Below are positions 25,201-35,327 of a stretch of 64,000 nucleotides of DNA, in pieces (position 1 is the first letter of the stretch; each line of letters begins with the position of its first letter). The translations under genes and the position numbers were made by a program. Source of the DNA: Octopus sinensis (Eukaryota); assembly GCF_006345805.1 (NCBI RefSeq), contig NC_043021.1, positions 11,780,001 to 11,844,000 on the forward strand. The letters run 5' to 3'. The notes beneath the pieces were generated by a model. It was not told where the DNA came from. It saw nothing but the letters and a program-made list of their open reading frames with translations, and did no database searches.

Positions 25201-27701
25201 CGAATGTCGTCCCTAGATATGTGTGTCGCTGGCGATCAAACACACTGGTTATTACAACTAACAGCTCCCAGTTGCTGACATTAAAAGTGAACTTTCCATT
25301 GATGGTGACAACTTACCGGATGAAAAACGTATATAGATGTATTGCTTCCTTCTCCGATAATCTATTGGTGTGTAATAGAAGTGGTGATAAAAATACTTTG
25401 TTTGTCATTGACATTGATGAAATGCATTCAACTGTGAAGATAATGAAAAAAATAAAAATCAATAAAATAGTGAGACACATGAACTATGACATAAAGAATA
25501 TTGCAGTTACGGTTAATGATGACATCATTGTCAACATTGGTGCTCATGTCGTATTCGTCAACCGTAATGGTGAATGTCTCTCTTCACTTAATCACTATTT
25601 TAATATTGATTATCAAAGCATGGGGATTGGTGACACTTATCTGTACCTTCGTGGGTTTTGCGATATATATGGTTATGATACACATGGTTATATTGCCTGT
25701 TTGTCACAGACTGGCGAATACAAAAAAGTATTTTCAAAGATGAGGGATTTTAAAGAAGATTTATATATTGAAAAATTAAATTGTAATGGTCCAAGATTTG
25801 TTGGATTTAACACTTTTCGCAGCATGAATAATTTGTATGTTGAAGGCTTGCTTAACCTCAGTCGCGAAAGATTCACTGTTACTCGTTTACAAACAGACAA
25901 CTGTCCTGTTCAAGTAAAAGATATTGATATCTCTGCCAACGGACGGACAGTTGTGTGTGAAAAAGCTAACAGTGGCAATGTTAAAATATTTGATATATAT
26001 AGGGAGTTTCTATGTCACAGAGATCTTCGAACTTTAGTTGGTGGTGTATGTTTTACAGAAGAAAACAATATAATGGTTACAGTCCCTAACAGACAAGAAA
26101 TATTTCAACTAAGTCAACGAAATTTGGTGTTACGTAAAGTCTGGCAAAGTCCTGCACCTTTCGGTGCAATATGGAAAAAAGTGGAGAACATTTACTGTTG
26201 TGTGCATATTAATTTGACTGAATATTATAGCATAAAGATTGATGGAGACCAACTGAAGGTTCTGGATTGTGTGTCATTATCAATGCTTGATTCTGGTCTT
26301 CATTTCCCTTCCATTACATCTCAAGCGAACAAGGAAATATTCAGTAATGAATTAATTAATAAGTTGAAATACAGTGAAGGAGGAGAACGAAAACTTAAAT
26401 CAGGGGAAATAGTTTGTAAAGGTAGATTGAAGGCGAGAAATGGTAATTATATGGCAGAGAGTGTGCTGGGGACTGATCAAATAACTGTGCGGAGAATGCC
26501 ATATAGAACAGCAATGTTTTCTGCTTCCATTCCTCCTTGTGATAAACCAGTTGATTTCAATGACATCCGGAAATTAATTATGTTAGATGCTAATGTTGCT
26601 GTGTTCTTGCAAATAGATACTGTCATAGTAATTACCACAACAGGTGATGTACTTCAACATAAACAACTACAACGAAAGCCATCACCAAAAGACATATGTC
26701 GGTGGACTGATGAACAGTTCATAGTCACGTCTGGTAAACAACTGACATTCTTCAACAGAAATCTCTCCCTTTTAAAAACCATCAACACCGAAAAATATTA
26801 CAATAGAATTTATAAAAAGAATGACAATCAACTTGTGTGTGCATCTAGTTGTGCTGTATATAGAGCTGACATCCGGTTTTCATATGTAGATATAGTTGGC
26901 ATTTATGGTGACACCTGTAAACACATTCGTCGAGTGTGTTGTGGGCAATATATAATCACAGCAATTGGTGTCACATCTTGTGAAGACATTGTTGTTATCA
27001 AAAAAATTTATGACTATACTGTCCTTTTCTACAGAGAACATTTGGTCAGGAGTTTAAAAGTTATGATAGAAGTAGAACCTGATCTAACTATACATGGTGA
27101 AAATGTTTATGTAACAGATTCAGAGAACGATATTCACCAAATATCTGTGGATAGCATACAAGAAACATTTAAAGATGAGGATGAAGATCAAATACCTGCA
27201 GAGAGTGAAGATCAAATGTCTGCAGAGAATGAAGATCAAATATCTGTAGAAAGTGAAGATCAAATATCTGTAGAAAGGGAAGATCAAATATCTGAAGAGA
27301 GTGAAGATCAAATATCTGAAGAGAGTGAAGATCAAATATCTGAAGAGAGTGAAGATCAAATATCTGAAGAGAATGAGGATCAAATATCTGAAGAGAGTGA
27401 AGATCAAATATCTGAAGAGAGTGAAGATCAAATATCTGAAGAGAGTGAAGATCAAATATCTGAAGAGAGTGAAGATCAAATATCTGAAGAGAGTGAAGAT
27501 CAAATATCTGAAGAAAGGGAAGATCAAATATCTTCAGAGAATGAAGATGCAATACCTAACGATAGACCACATTTATTCCTCAGTGGGGATGATGTTGAAG
27601 CCATCAATGTTATTGGGCTTGCTGTTTTTGAAAATTCTGTTGTAATTTTTGGACCAGTTCATGGAAACCAGTCTTATTGTTTTTTTCATTATGAAAGATA
27701 A
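22209..27701 (+). CDS. Intronless 1830-aa protein: short helical N-terminus, about six tandem NHL/TolB-like six-bladed beta-propellers, acidic octapeptide repeat near the C-terminus
   Basis: Uninterrupted 5.5-kb ORF in AT-rich DNA. Recurrent blade motifs: PSVFCRVDSNRFLVL, ATDICQWDCNQIGVTLP, PRYVCRWRSNTLVIT, VGGVCFTEENNIMVTVP, PKDICRWTDEQFIVT, and VYVTDSENDIHQIS...LFLSGDD...IGLAV. These resemble TRIM/NHL-like propeller domains of molluscs. A possible upstream acceptor TTCATTTCAG lies at about 21995. The domain call is by pattern only. Confidence 0.85.
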   Translation: MPKFNEENKMLAIDIPSKEHNMLISAKAFNEVSILGKVSNEGSAKKADEEQKLKKQSLYHIITCTRTLVKGQYIDKFIDFVKEKCNDIQSMGLDRYFFLKNIKREMKHFLEYTKENNELILQNLDWFHGRLFDIYTASNPYTHKSITMPKPLIKFRPLSSVECKKLKFEVSGEDTLNFISNVVPTNGGIVTYSSHMMTICYATTDGSSNVVRCSSSITDMDRIGEDSVLATIPFKKKILVISPTSCHMKTLDYGFHKISYFKESTFLGTELFDKIIYIVDWDENQVKEKFSLKHIPTNIVVGPQYHILVTSANINIISCYDLDGRQLFHVSTQSTDIQIDLTVYQNYFYAIQGNIIYKISSTGAMSQRELKIKARYISVCTNNVLLVDYAGVVHTIRTDRNFWPQFSNHQQECIPCLKNQIYIDDPYNIRKILPMSASSVLIIYEDLKVMLIIDEGQQFRKIFLTFESEPSVFCRVDSNRFLVLFREDRKLQYITCPQLTEGHLIGISSDYSQICHIVSNRCLALTTSENKVEVHILLIKEENVETINRISLEHGDVVIAATPINFVVADKREHRLLFFSSSGEKLFKRLIDFNGYPDYIFADKLYFYVIFRRESMMACYNITGEMKWLLKLPSNFCFDSAVFQGTVYVLDLQLSRVLLHKYHNVSSCYSNFENPYVRNLDIRLEENKKILIAGTYHLSNGQLVVFDINNNCLLYICNEGDIVATLPLPSVATDICQWDCNQIGVTLPLEKQLRLIGNLSKKVRIVALSHPYVKVRKLGEGQIVCYCDKPSHLDIVSIENHNQGKVISTITIPFVLKSLAVENETQNVLIVAKEKVFLYKTTTTTKRRRRRIKKKRSMIPSVLLSQVKPPPILYGGCIDNMFVYLIDNSHVFAINEHNLVERDHVANDQLNMHIDLVDVFSRNICVSEMFSSTVHVEDLTVSDKPHYLAYPQRSQGIEKLVYKNLVITENNLIAIFDDSEANIKILTFDGHLVDSVKTNVVPRYVCRWRSNTLVITTNSSQLLTLKVNFPLMVTTYRMKNVYRCIASFSDNLLVCNRSGDKNTLFVIDIDEMHSTVKIMKKIKINKIVRHMNYDIKNIAVTVNDDIIVNIGAHVVFVNRNGECLSSLNHYFNIDYQSMGIGDTYLYLRGFCDIYGYDTHGYIACLSQTGEYKKVFSKMRDFKEDLYIEKLNCNGPRFVGFNTFRSMNNLYVEGLLNLSRERFTVTRLQTDNCPVQVKDIDISANGRTVVCEKANSGNVKIFDIYREFLCHRDLRTLVGGVCFTEENNIMVTVPNRQEIFQLSQRNLVLRKVWQSPAPFGAIWKKVENIYCCVHINLTEYYSIKIDGDQLKVLDCVSLSMLDSGLHFPSITSQANKEIFSNELINKLKYSEGGERKLKSGEIVCKGRLKARNGNYMAESVLGTDQITVRRMPYRTAMFSASIPPCDKPVDFNDIRKLIMLDANVAVFLQIDTVIVITTTGDVLQHKQLQRKPSPKDICRWTDEQFIVTSGKQLTFFNRNLSLLKTINTEKYYNRIYKKNDNQLVCASSCAVYRADIRFSYVDIVGIYGDTCKHIRRVCCGQYIITAIGVTSCEDIVVIKKIYDYTVLFYREHLVRSLKVMIEVEPDLTIHGENVYVTDSENDIHQISVDSIQETFKDEDEDQIPAESEDQMSAENEDQISVESEDQISVEREDQISEESEDQISEESEDQISEESEDQISEENEDQISEESEDQISEESEDQISEESEDQISEESEDQISEESEDQISEEREDQISSENEDAIPNDRPHLFLSGDDVEAINVIGLAVFENSVVIFGPVHGNQSYCFFHYER
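27183..27542 (+). repeat. Coding minisatellite, 15 x 24 bp, encoding EDQISEES-type units
   Basis: GAAGATCAAATATCTGAAGAGAGT consensus, in frame inside the long ORF. Confidence 0.95.
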
Positions 27702-30064
27702 ATAGCTATATAAATTTTTACAGTTGTTGTTGTTGTTACAAATATCTGCTACCACATCTGCTGACTATCAACTATTCATTTTGCATTCTTCATTAATATG
27801 TACACACACACACACACAAATGTATATGTGCCTATATGTATATGAAAGCATGTGTACATGTATGTATGTTGGCAGGTTGGTATGTGTGTGTGTGTGTGTG
27901 TGTGTACATGTGAGTACATAAGTGGAAAACAAAGTGGAAAAAAATAGTACTCAAATACCAAGGGTAGAGTAATATGTTTTTATTAAGGCTGCAAAATTAT
28001 CGCAAGACCCTTGCTCAGAGTATTACGTTCCTCTTCGTCAGACAGCCATGATGAAAGTGTTCATCACAACTGTCCAACGAATGGAAACATGAAACTCCAA
28101 GTAACAGTTTTCTGTTAATTTTGCAGGTTTAATGTGTGTATATATGTGTATATCATCATCATCCTCATCACCATTTAACATCTGTTGTCCATGCTGGCAT
28201 GGGTTGGATGGTTTGACCAGGCTGAGGGTCTGCTCTAGACTCCAGTCTGATTTGGCATGGTTTCTATAGCTGGATGCCCTTCCTAATGCCAACCACTCTG
28301 AGAGTGTAATGAGTGCTTTACTGTGCCACCAGTGAGGGTGCCAGTTGCGTGACACCCGTATCTGCTTTGATTATGATTTCACTTGGCTTCACGGGTTTTC
28401 TTTCAAGCACAGCATATTACTAAAGGCCTCGGTCATTTGTCATTGCCTCCATGTGAAGGCACATGGCCTAGTGGTTAGAGCAGTGGACTTGTGGTCGAGG
28501 GATCACGGGTTCGAATCTCAGACCGGGTGATGTATGTGTTTATGAGCGAAACACCTGAGCTCCATGCAGCTCTGGTAGAAAGTAATGGCGAACTTCTGCT
28601 GACTCTTTCACCACAATTTTCTCTCACTCTTTCCTCCTGCATCTTGCTGCTCATCTGCAATGGACTGGTGTCCCGTCCAGGTGGGGAACCTATATGCCAA
28701 GGAAAGCGGGAAACCGGCCCTTATGAGCAAGGGATGGCTCGAGAAGGAACAATCATTGCCTCCATGAGGCCCAATGCTTGAAAGGTGCTTTTTACATGCC
28801 ACAGACACAGGTGCAAGTTACACAACAGTGGCATCGGCCACATTACCTCCATTAAGCCCAGTGCTCAAAAGGTGCTTTTTACATGCCACAAGTGGAGGTG
28901 CGTGGCTTAGTGGTTAGGGTGTTGAACTCATGATCGTAAGGTTGTGGTTTCGATTCCTGGACCGGGCGATGCATTGTGTTCTTGAGCAAAACACTTCATT
29001 TTCACATGGCTCCAGTCCACTCAGCTGGCAAAAATGAGTAATCCTGCGACGGACTGGTGTCCCATCCAGGTGGGAAATTTCTATGCCACTGAAACTGGGA
29101 AACCGGCGCTTATGAGCCTGGCATGGCTCAAGAAGGAACATTTATAAAAAAAATTCTTTTTACATGCCACAGATATGGATACCAGTTGTGTGACACTGAC
29201 AACAGCCACAACTATGATTTCACTTGGCTTCATGGATCTTCTTAAGCATGGCATATCACCAAAGGTCTCAGTCACTAGTCATTGCCTCTATGAGGTCCAA
29301 TGTCTGAATATCATGTTTCACCAGCTTGTCCCATGTCTTTCTGAGTTTTAGTCTTCCACAGCTTCCCTCCACTGATAGAAATTGGCACTTCTTCACACAG
29401 CTATCCATATGCACCACATGACCATATCAATGCAGTCGTCTCTCTCGCACACCACATCTGATGCCTCTTATGCCCAACTTTTCTCTCAAAGACACTTAAA
29501 CTCGATCGTACATGCACACTGACATTGCACATCCAGTGGGGTATACTAAATTCATTCTTTCAAGTTTTTACATGTTCTCTGCAGTCTTAGCCCATATTTT
29601 GCTGGTGTGTAGCATGGCTGTTCACACATAGTCATCATAGAATCTGCCCTTCACTCTGAGGGAGAAGGCCTTTGTCACCAACAGAGGTAGGAGCTCTTTG
29701 AACTTTGCCCAGCCTTTACTTATTTTAGCAGCTACGCTCTCAGAGCATCCATCTCCACTACTGACTTGGTCACCTAGATAATGGAAGCTAGCAATTAACT
29801 TGGCATTTGATGGAGTCTATTTTCTGTACATTTTTAGTGCTAGCTGTACTTGTGCACCTTCTACACACAGAAACTAGTCTCCCTGTTAACCTTCCTCTGA
29901 TATTGCTGCACCTCTTATGTGTCCATAACTTATACCAGGTATATCTTATGGAGTTTCTACGTACACCTTTTCTGCAGATCAAGCAGGGCCATCTACTTGT
30001 AGGGACTTATATATATATATATATATATAGATAGATAGATAGATATGCATATATATATATATAT

Positions 30065-30535
30065 ACATATATGTATATACCTACATATATATGTATATAT
30101 ACATGCATATATGGGTACAGGATCTTAAAAAAACGTTGAACACAATGAGAAACGAAAGCATAAAAACAAAAACATAGAAACGAAATTTTTTTCGAACAAC
30201 GAAAAAAACAAACGGAGAAACGAGACCTACAAGATAAAGAATATTCCCCTTCATCAGTTGTTCCTGTCTCATCTACTCTGCATTTCGAAGGGAAGGACAA
30301 TACACGACTTTGTTGAAACAGTCCTTCCCGCAAAGCAAATTAAATAAAATTTGAGATTATGTCTCGTTTCTCTGTTGTTTTTGTTTTTTCTTTCGTTATT
30401 CAAAAAAAAAGTTCGTTTTCTATGTTTTTGTTTTTTATGTTTTCGTTTCTCATTGTGTTCAACGTTTTTTTTTTATGTCCTGTACCCATATATGCGTGTA
30501 TATATACATATATATGTAGGTATGTACATATATGT
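30065..30535. mobile_element. Fold-back/MITE-like element with long imperfect inverted arms in a (TA)n tract
   Basis: GCATATATGGGTACAGGA...AACGTTGAACACAATGAGAAACGAAA is mirrored by TTTCGTTTCTCATTGTGTTCAACGTT...TCCTGTACCCATATATGC. Confidence 0.75.
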
Positions 30536-30560
30536 ATGTATATATGCATATATTTATATA

Positions 30561-30812
30561 TTACTAGCAGTATTGCCCGGCGTTGCTCGGGTTTGTTTCG
30601 ACCCTTTAGAATTGGAATTTTTGAGAAGTAAAAACTTTTGTATTATGTAGCTTGTTATTCTCTTTAAGTGAACATTTTTTTTTCTGGTTGAAATACACCG
30701 AAAAATGGCGACACAACTTCAAAAAATCGTTAAAAAATAGGGATTTTCATAGAAAAAAAGCACTTTTTGATGTAAATAATTTTTGGTCTTAACCTGGTCC
30801 GATTTGAATTTT
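30561..30812 (+). mobile_element. Helitron-like non-autonomous element (5' part)
   Basis: Starts TACTAGCAGTATTGCCCGGCGTTGCTCGGG, the ACTAG plus subterminal GC hairpin typical of HINE/Lep1-like elements. Confidence 0.5.
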
Positions 30813-31734
30813 TTTCTTCTCCAGGTTGGGTATAGAGGAGAATCACACTAGTTTGAACATGAAGTGTGAAAACAGCTATAAGGTAGGAAACTCATGACCC
30901 CTTTCTGGCACGATAAACAATAAGACGCTTAATTACGAATATCATTTGAAATCAGTTTCGCCATTGCCGATATACCAGGATAAGATAAACTATGAAAAGA
31001 GGAGCAAACGTTTCGTCAATGATTCTTTGGAACATAAGGTCAAAGAAAACCAGTAGAAACATGTAGTGGATCTTGCATGCATGAAGTGGATTGGATCCAC
31101 CATAGCCAAATTTAAATTAACACTGCAACAGAACTTTTTCCCACGGTAGAACAATGATTTTTCTCTGACAGCAGTTTTACATTTTCCAGATGCCTTTATA
31201 TAGGCCGAAATAATGTTGTAACCACTTGACCCTTTCTAACCTCTTCTACTTCACCAAAAGCTAGAATAGAGAAAACAAGATCACCAACTAAATCTATTGT
31301 TCTCAAATATATATCTATCCTTCTGGATAGATATAAAAGCAAGCACACATCAAGCAAAAACCAGTCAGTCACAGTCAGTGACGACTCAACGAGTTCCGTC
31401 ACATGGTGACGACTCATTGAGCATGAAGTCTGGCTGACCAGCTAGATCCTTCGGACAGAAGGAGAAATGAAGTTTACTGTCAGCAACTGTGAGACAACAT
31501 CCCACACCTTACAACTCTCACTAGCTCTAATTCTGTTCTCTTACAACATCATTCTATCTCTCTCTGTAATTACTACTAAACATTGAAGAGGACACAAACA
31601 CAAAATTTACTTCGCATGCTTTTGGATTTATCATAACCTGCCCATCGAGGCAAGGTATTGTAACGTAACGGCAAATAAACATTTCCTTAAAACTTCATGC
31701 ATTGTTCATCTTTCACTTCCTACAGTATGCAATT

Positions 31735-32095
31735 ATAACAACAAAATTTTATCGTTACAAACATCACACCAAGTAAGCGAATCAATAGCGGGCAGTGAGA
31801 ACAGACGGAAATCAAGAAAATGATTCCGATTTTCGGAGCTATAAGAATTCCTTGTCTTTCTCTTGATCCAAAGCGACCTGTTGTAAATCGGTTGGATCAG
31901 GGGTGGGCAAAGCGTTGACATGGACACGAGATAAGGTGTCCGCCACTGAATTATCAGTGCTCTTGATGTAACAGGTATCTGCAGTGAAATGCGAGATAAA
32001 ATCGAGTGTCTGATATCTCGAGGGGAATGTTTATATGTTTTGGATTGCAATGCGAATGTCAAGGGTTTATAATCGATGAAAATTGTGAAAATGTC
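31735..32095 (-). mobile_element. Ty3/Gypsy pol relic (RNase H to integrase linker)
   Basis: FTIFIDYKPLTFALQSKTYKHSPRDIRH, then after a frameshift DNSVADTLSR, matching the FTxxTDHKPL...DNxVADALSR signature. Confidence 0.8.
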
Positions 32096-32274
32096 GTCCA
32101 TCCAAAAAGGGCGGAAAATAGTTCACAGCTAGATAAGTAGCCAGTAGCTTTGTACAAAGGTTGCTGTGTCTCATTTCTGACGGCTTCAAACGCTTGGAAA
32201 AGAAAGAAAGAAAGAGGTTGCTAAGCATTGTGGACAAATTGTTGCAATGCTGCAGCAGTTCCTTATCTGAGTGG

Positions 32275-32640
32275 AGGCGCAATGGCCCAGTGGTTAGGGC
32301 AGCGGACTCGCGGTTTCGATTCCCAGACCGGGCGTTGTGAGTGTTTATCGAGCGAAGACACCTAAAGCTCCACGAGGCTCCAGCAGGGGATGGTGGTGAT
32401 CCCTGCTGTACTCTTTCACCACAACTTTCTCTCACTCTTACTTCCTGTTTCTGTTGTGCCTGTATTTCAAAGGGGCCAGCCTTGTCACTCTCTGTGTCAC
32501 GCTGAATATCCCCGAGAAGTACGTTAACGGTGCACACGTGTCTGTGGAGTGCTCAGCCACTTACACATTAATTTCACGAGCAGGCTGTTCCGTTGATTCG
32601 GATCAACCGGAACCCTCGTCGTCGTAACCGACAGAGTGCT
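32275..32640 (+). mobile_element. SINE family B, full-length
   Basis: GGAGGCGCAATGGCCCAGTGGTTAGGG head through GTCGTCGTAACCGACAGAGTGC; minus-strand copy at about 46180-46552. Confidence 0.85.
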
Positions 32641-32985
32641 TCCTTATCTGAAGCGTCGGCCATGAGGGCAATACGTTAGAGTAACAAAAAAAAAAATGAT
32701 GAGGAAGGTATTAAGCGGTCGTGAGATGCACTAAAAATAAACAGCTAAATCGCACGCGCACAAAAACTGGTGGCAGGGGTTGCATAATTGTATGAATTCC
32801 CATGAATAGAAGATAGATTCGTAAAATTTTTCTGAAAATTCCAAAAAATAAAAATAAAGAGTCATGAGTGCGGTTGTTGTATGGATTGCTTAAACCAGAA
32901 TTCCGCCGAAAACTCAATATACTGGCCATTGAGTCCCGCAACCGGTCACAAAGGCACCTAGTTAACTATGCGGCTAATAGCTATT

Positions 32986-33540
32986 CTTTTCTATTGCAGG
33001 CACAAGGCCTGAAATTTTGGGGAGGGAGCCAGTCGATTAGATCAACCCCCGTGCGTAACTGGTACTTAATTTATTGACCCCGAAAGGATGAAGGGCAAAG
33101 TCGACTTCAGCGGAATTTGAACTCAGAACGTAACGGCAGACGAAATGCTGTTAAGCATTTCGCCCAGCGTGCTAACGTTTCTTATTTCTTTATTGCCCAC
33201 GGGGGGCTAAGCACAGAGAGGACAAACACGAACAGACAAAGAGATTAAGTCGATTACATCGATCCCAGTGCGTAACTGGTACTTATTTAATCGACCCCGA
33301 AAGGATGAAGGGCAAAGTCGACCTCGGCGGAATTTGAACTCAGAACATAAAGACAGATGAAATACCTATTTCTTTACTGCCCACAAGGGGCTAAACACAG
33401 AGAGGACAAACAAGTACAGACTAACGGATTAAGTCGATTATATCGACCAAGTGCGTAACGATGAAAGGCAAAGTCGACCTCAGCGGAATTTGCACTCAGA
33501 ACGTAACGGTGTGCTAACGTTTCTGCCAGCTCGCCACCTT
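32986..33540 (-). mobile_element. Compound SINE E: tail-2 host copy with two nested tail-1 copies
   Basis: Junctions at 33181/2 (site 2) and 33366/7 (site 1); the distal end carries tail 2 (GCACAAGGCCTGAAATTTTGGGGAGG). Confidence 0.85.
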
Positions 33541-33562
33541 CGCAGGTAATATCTATTACGGC

Positions 33563-33628
33563 GAAGGCGGCGAGGTGGCAGAAACGTTAGCATGCCAGGC
33601 GAAATGCGTAGCCGTATTTCGTCTGCCG
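33563..33628 (+). mobile_element. SINE E 5' head interrupted by the LINE
   Basis: GGCGGCGAGGTGGCAGAAACGTTAGCATGCCAGGCGAAATGCGTAGC followed by CGTATTTCGTCTGCCG; the body resumes at 38916. Confidence 0.9.
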
Positions 33629-33859
33629 CACATGTGTTCGTGGTAAGAATTGCTGTTTCGTGGTGTTAATATTGTTAATAACTGTTGTTTCTTGTTAAAC
33701 TGTTGAATAACTTAACTGTTGGAGTTTTCAATTGAAAACACTTAGTGCTTGTGGTAGCACGCGTTGTTCATTCCCCCTTTGGGGGGAAGAATGTCGTCTA
33801 GCATGGAGCCTACCGTTGGAGCATAAATACTTGTTTCTCCTGTTGAGAGGAGGAAATAC

Positions 33860-35319
33860 ATGTCCGGCGAGGAGCCAACTATAGACAAGGAAATAGGGGT
33901 TTCCCCCGCTACAAGAAGGAATAGCAGAGAGGATAATATATTTGATATTTTTGGAGATGTGTCTGAGAGCTCGTCAGAACTTTCACCAGAAGAGTTTCCG
34001 ACTTTGCCAGAGAACAAAGGCATTGTGTCGAAGAGAATAATTGATGTGCCTAGCATCCAGATAGAACCAAAAAATGGAAAAAAAAGTTTTGCGTTGGCTG
34101 CTGGGGGTGGAACCCAGATACTGTCGACGAATAAAAGCGAAATTATGAAATACAGCAAAATGATGGAAATAACTGACAACGGTGTGAAAATTGAACCTCC
34201 GCAAAAGTTATTACAGGAAGAAAAGCAAAAAACAATAATTTTCAAAACATATTGTCTACAAGAAAGAAAAATTGAAAGAATGTCAGAAGAGAAAATAGAA
34301 AAGTGCTTAAAGCCAATATTGGGCGACGTAGTATTTCTGAGAAGAGGAAAAAAATTCGGAACGGTGGAAGTAAGGTTCACCAATAAAGAAATAGCACACA
34401 AGAACTCAGTTGAAACGTTGAAAACGAACGACGTGGAGTTAATCCCCTATTATATGGGGATGAGGACGTCGTGAATAAAAATTACAAGGGTCCCGCCAGA
34501 GGTCGAACCTATGTGGTTGTTGGCGGCAGTCCTAATCAAAGAGGTAGAAAAAATTACTCTCCTCCAGGCTACCGCTACGGAAAACCCACGCTGGGATGGT
34601 CAAACAATTAATCTTCTCATTCAAGCGGACCCTAAAATAATTCAAACAATTCCTGAGACAATTGAGGTAGGGGAGGAGAACCTCGTGGTGTTTGTTGAGG
34701 GCCGAAAACCTCGATGTTTTTTATGTGGTCAATTAGGCCACATTCGAAGGAACTGCAAGGAAAATGAAGAAGAGGAGGAAGAGGAGAAAAAAGACAAAGA
34801 GGAAGAAGATAAAGAAGAAACAGATGAGAAAAAAACAACAAACAAAAGAAAAATACAACCAGCAACCCAGCCGAGAGCGGCGACTACTACAGAACAATGA
34901 CCAAAAAAGACTGCCAGAAGAGAAAAAGAAGAAAAAGGCATAATAGCCGTATACACTAAAGATACTGAGCTCATGAGAGACATTCAACTCATAAAGACTG
35001 TAAAAAAATTGATAACCTTTCAGAGGAATTTATCAATTACGACATATATGAAGTCTCAAATAAGACTTATAGAATTCTACAAAATAAGTACAGAAAGACT
35101 GTATCTTCATTGAGATTAGATTTTAACAAGTCAATATTTCATGGATTACCAGCTCCGATCCCGCGAGAAAAGGAAAAGGTGGAGATTCCCCCTCCACCTG
35201 ATAATTCTGTGTCGGTGGTGAGACGGGATTTTGACAAATCTATTTCCCAAGACCGTCCACCTCCGACCCTGGATCAAAAAAAGGTGGAGGGTCCCCCTCC
35301 ACCGGACAATCCTAATTAA
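33860..35319 (+). pseudogene. LINE ORF1 (RRM-like region plus CCHC knuckle), interrupted
   Basis: 33860-34474 and 34511-34900 are in the same frame, separated by one TGA (probable CGA to TGA); CFLCGQLGHIRRNC knuckle; downstream part disrupted. Confidence 0.8.
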
Positions 35320-35327
35320 ACAGGTAA

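Noticed and set aside
27120-27645. Repetitive ORFs FRYLIFTL, LQIFDLHS and KIKYLKRV
   Set aside because: Alternative frames of the 24-bp coding minisatellite.
33563-33628. tRNA gene suggested by A/B boxes (also in the family A, B and C heads)
   Set aside because: No complete cloverleaf; these are SINE heads followed by SINE bodies.
33742-34401. 219-aa minus-strand ORF
   Set aside because: Antisense shadow of LINE ORF1 with no independent motifs; the same applies to 36439-36969.
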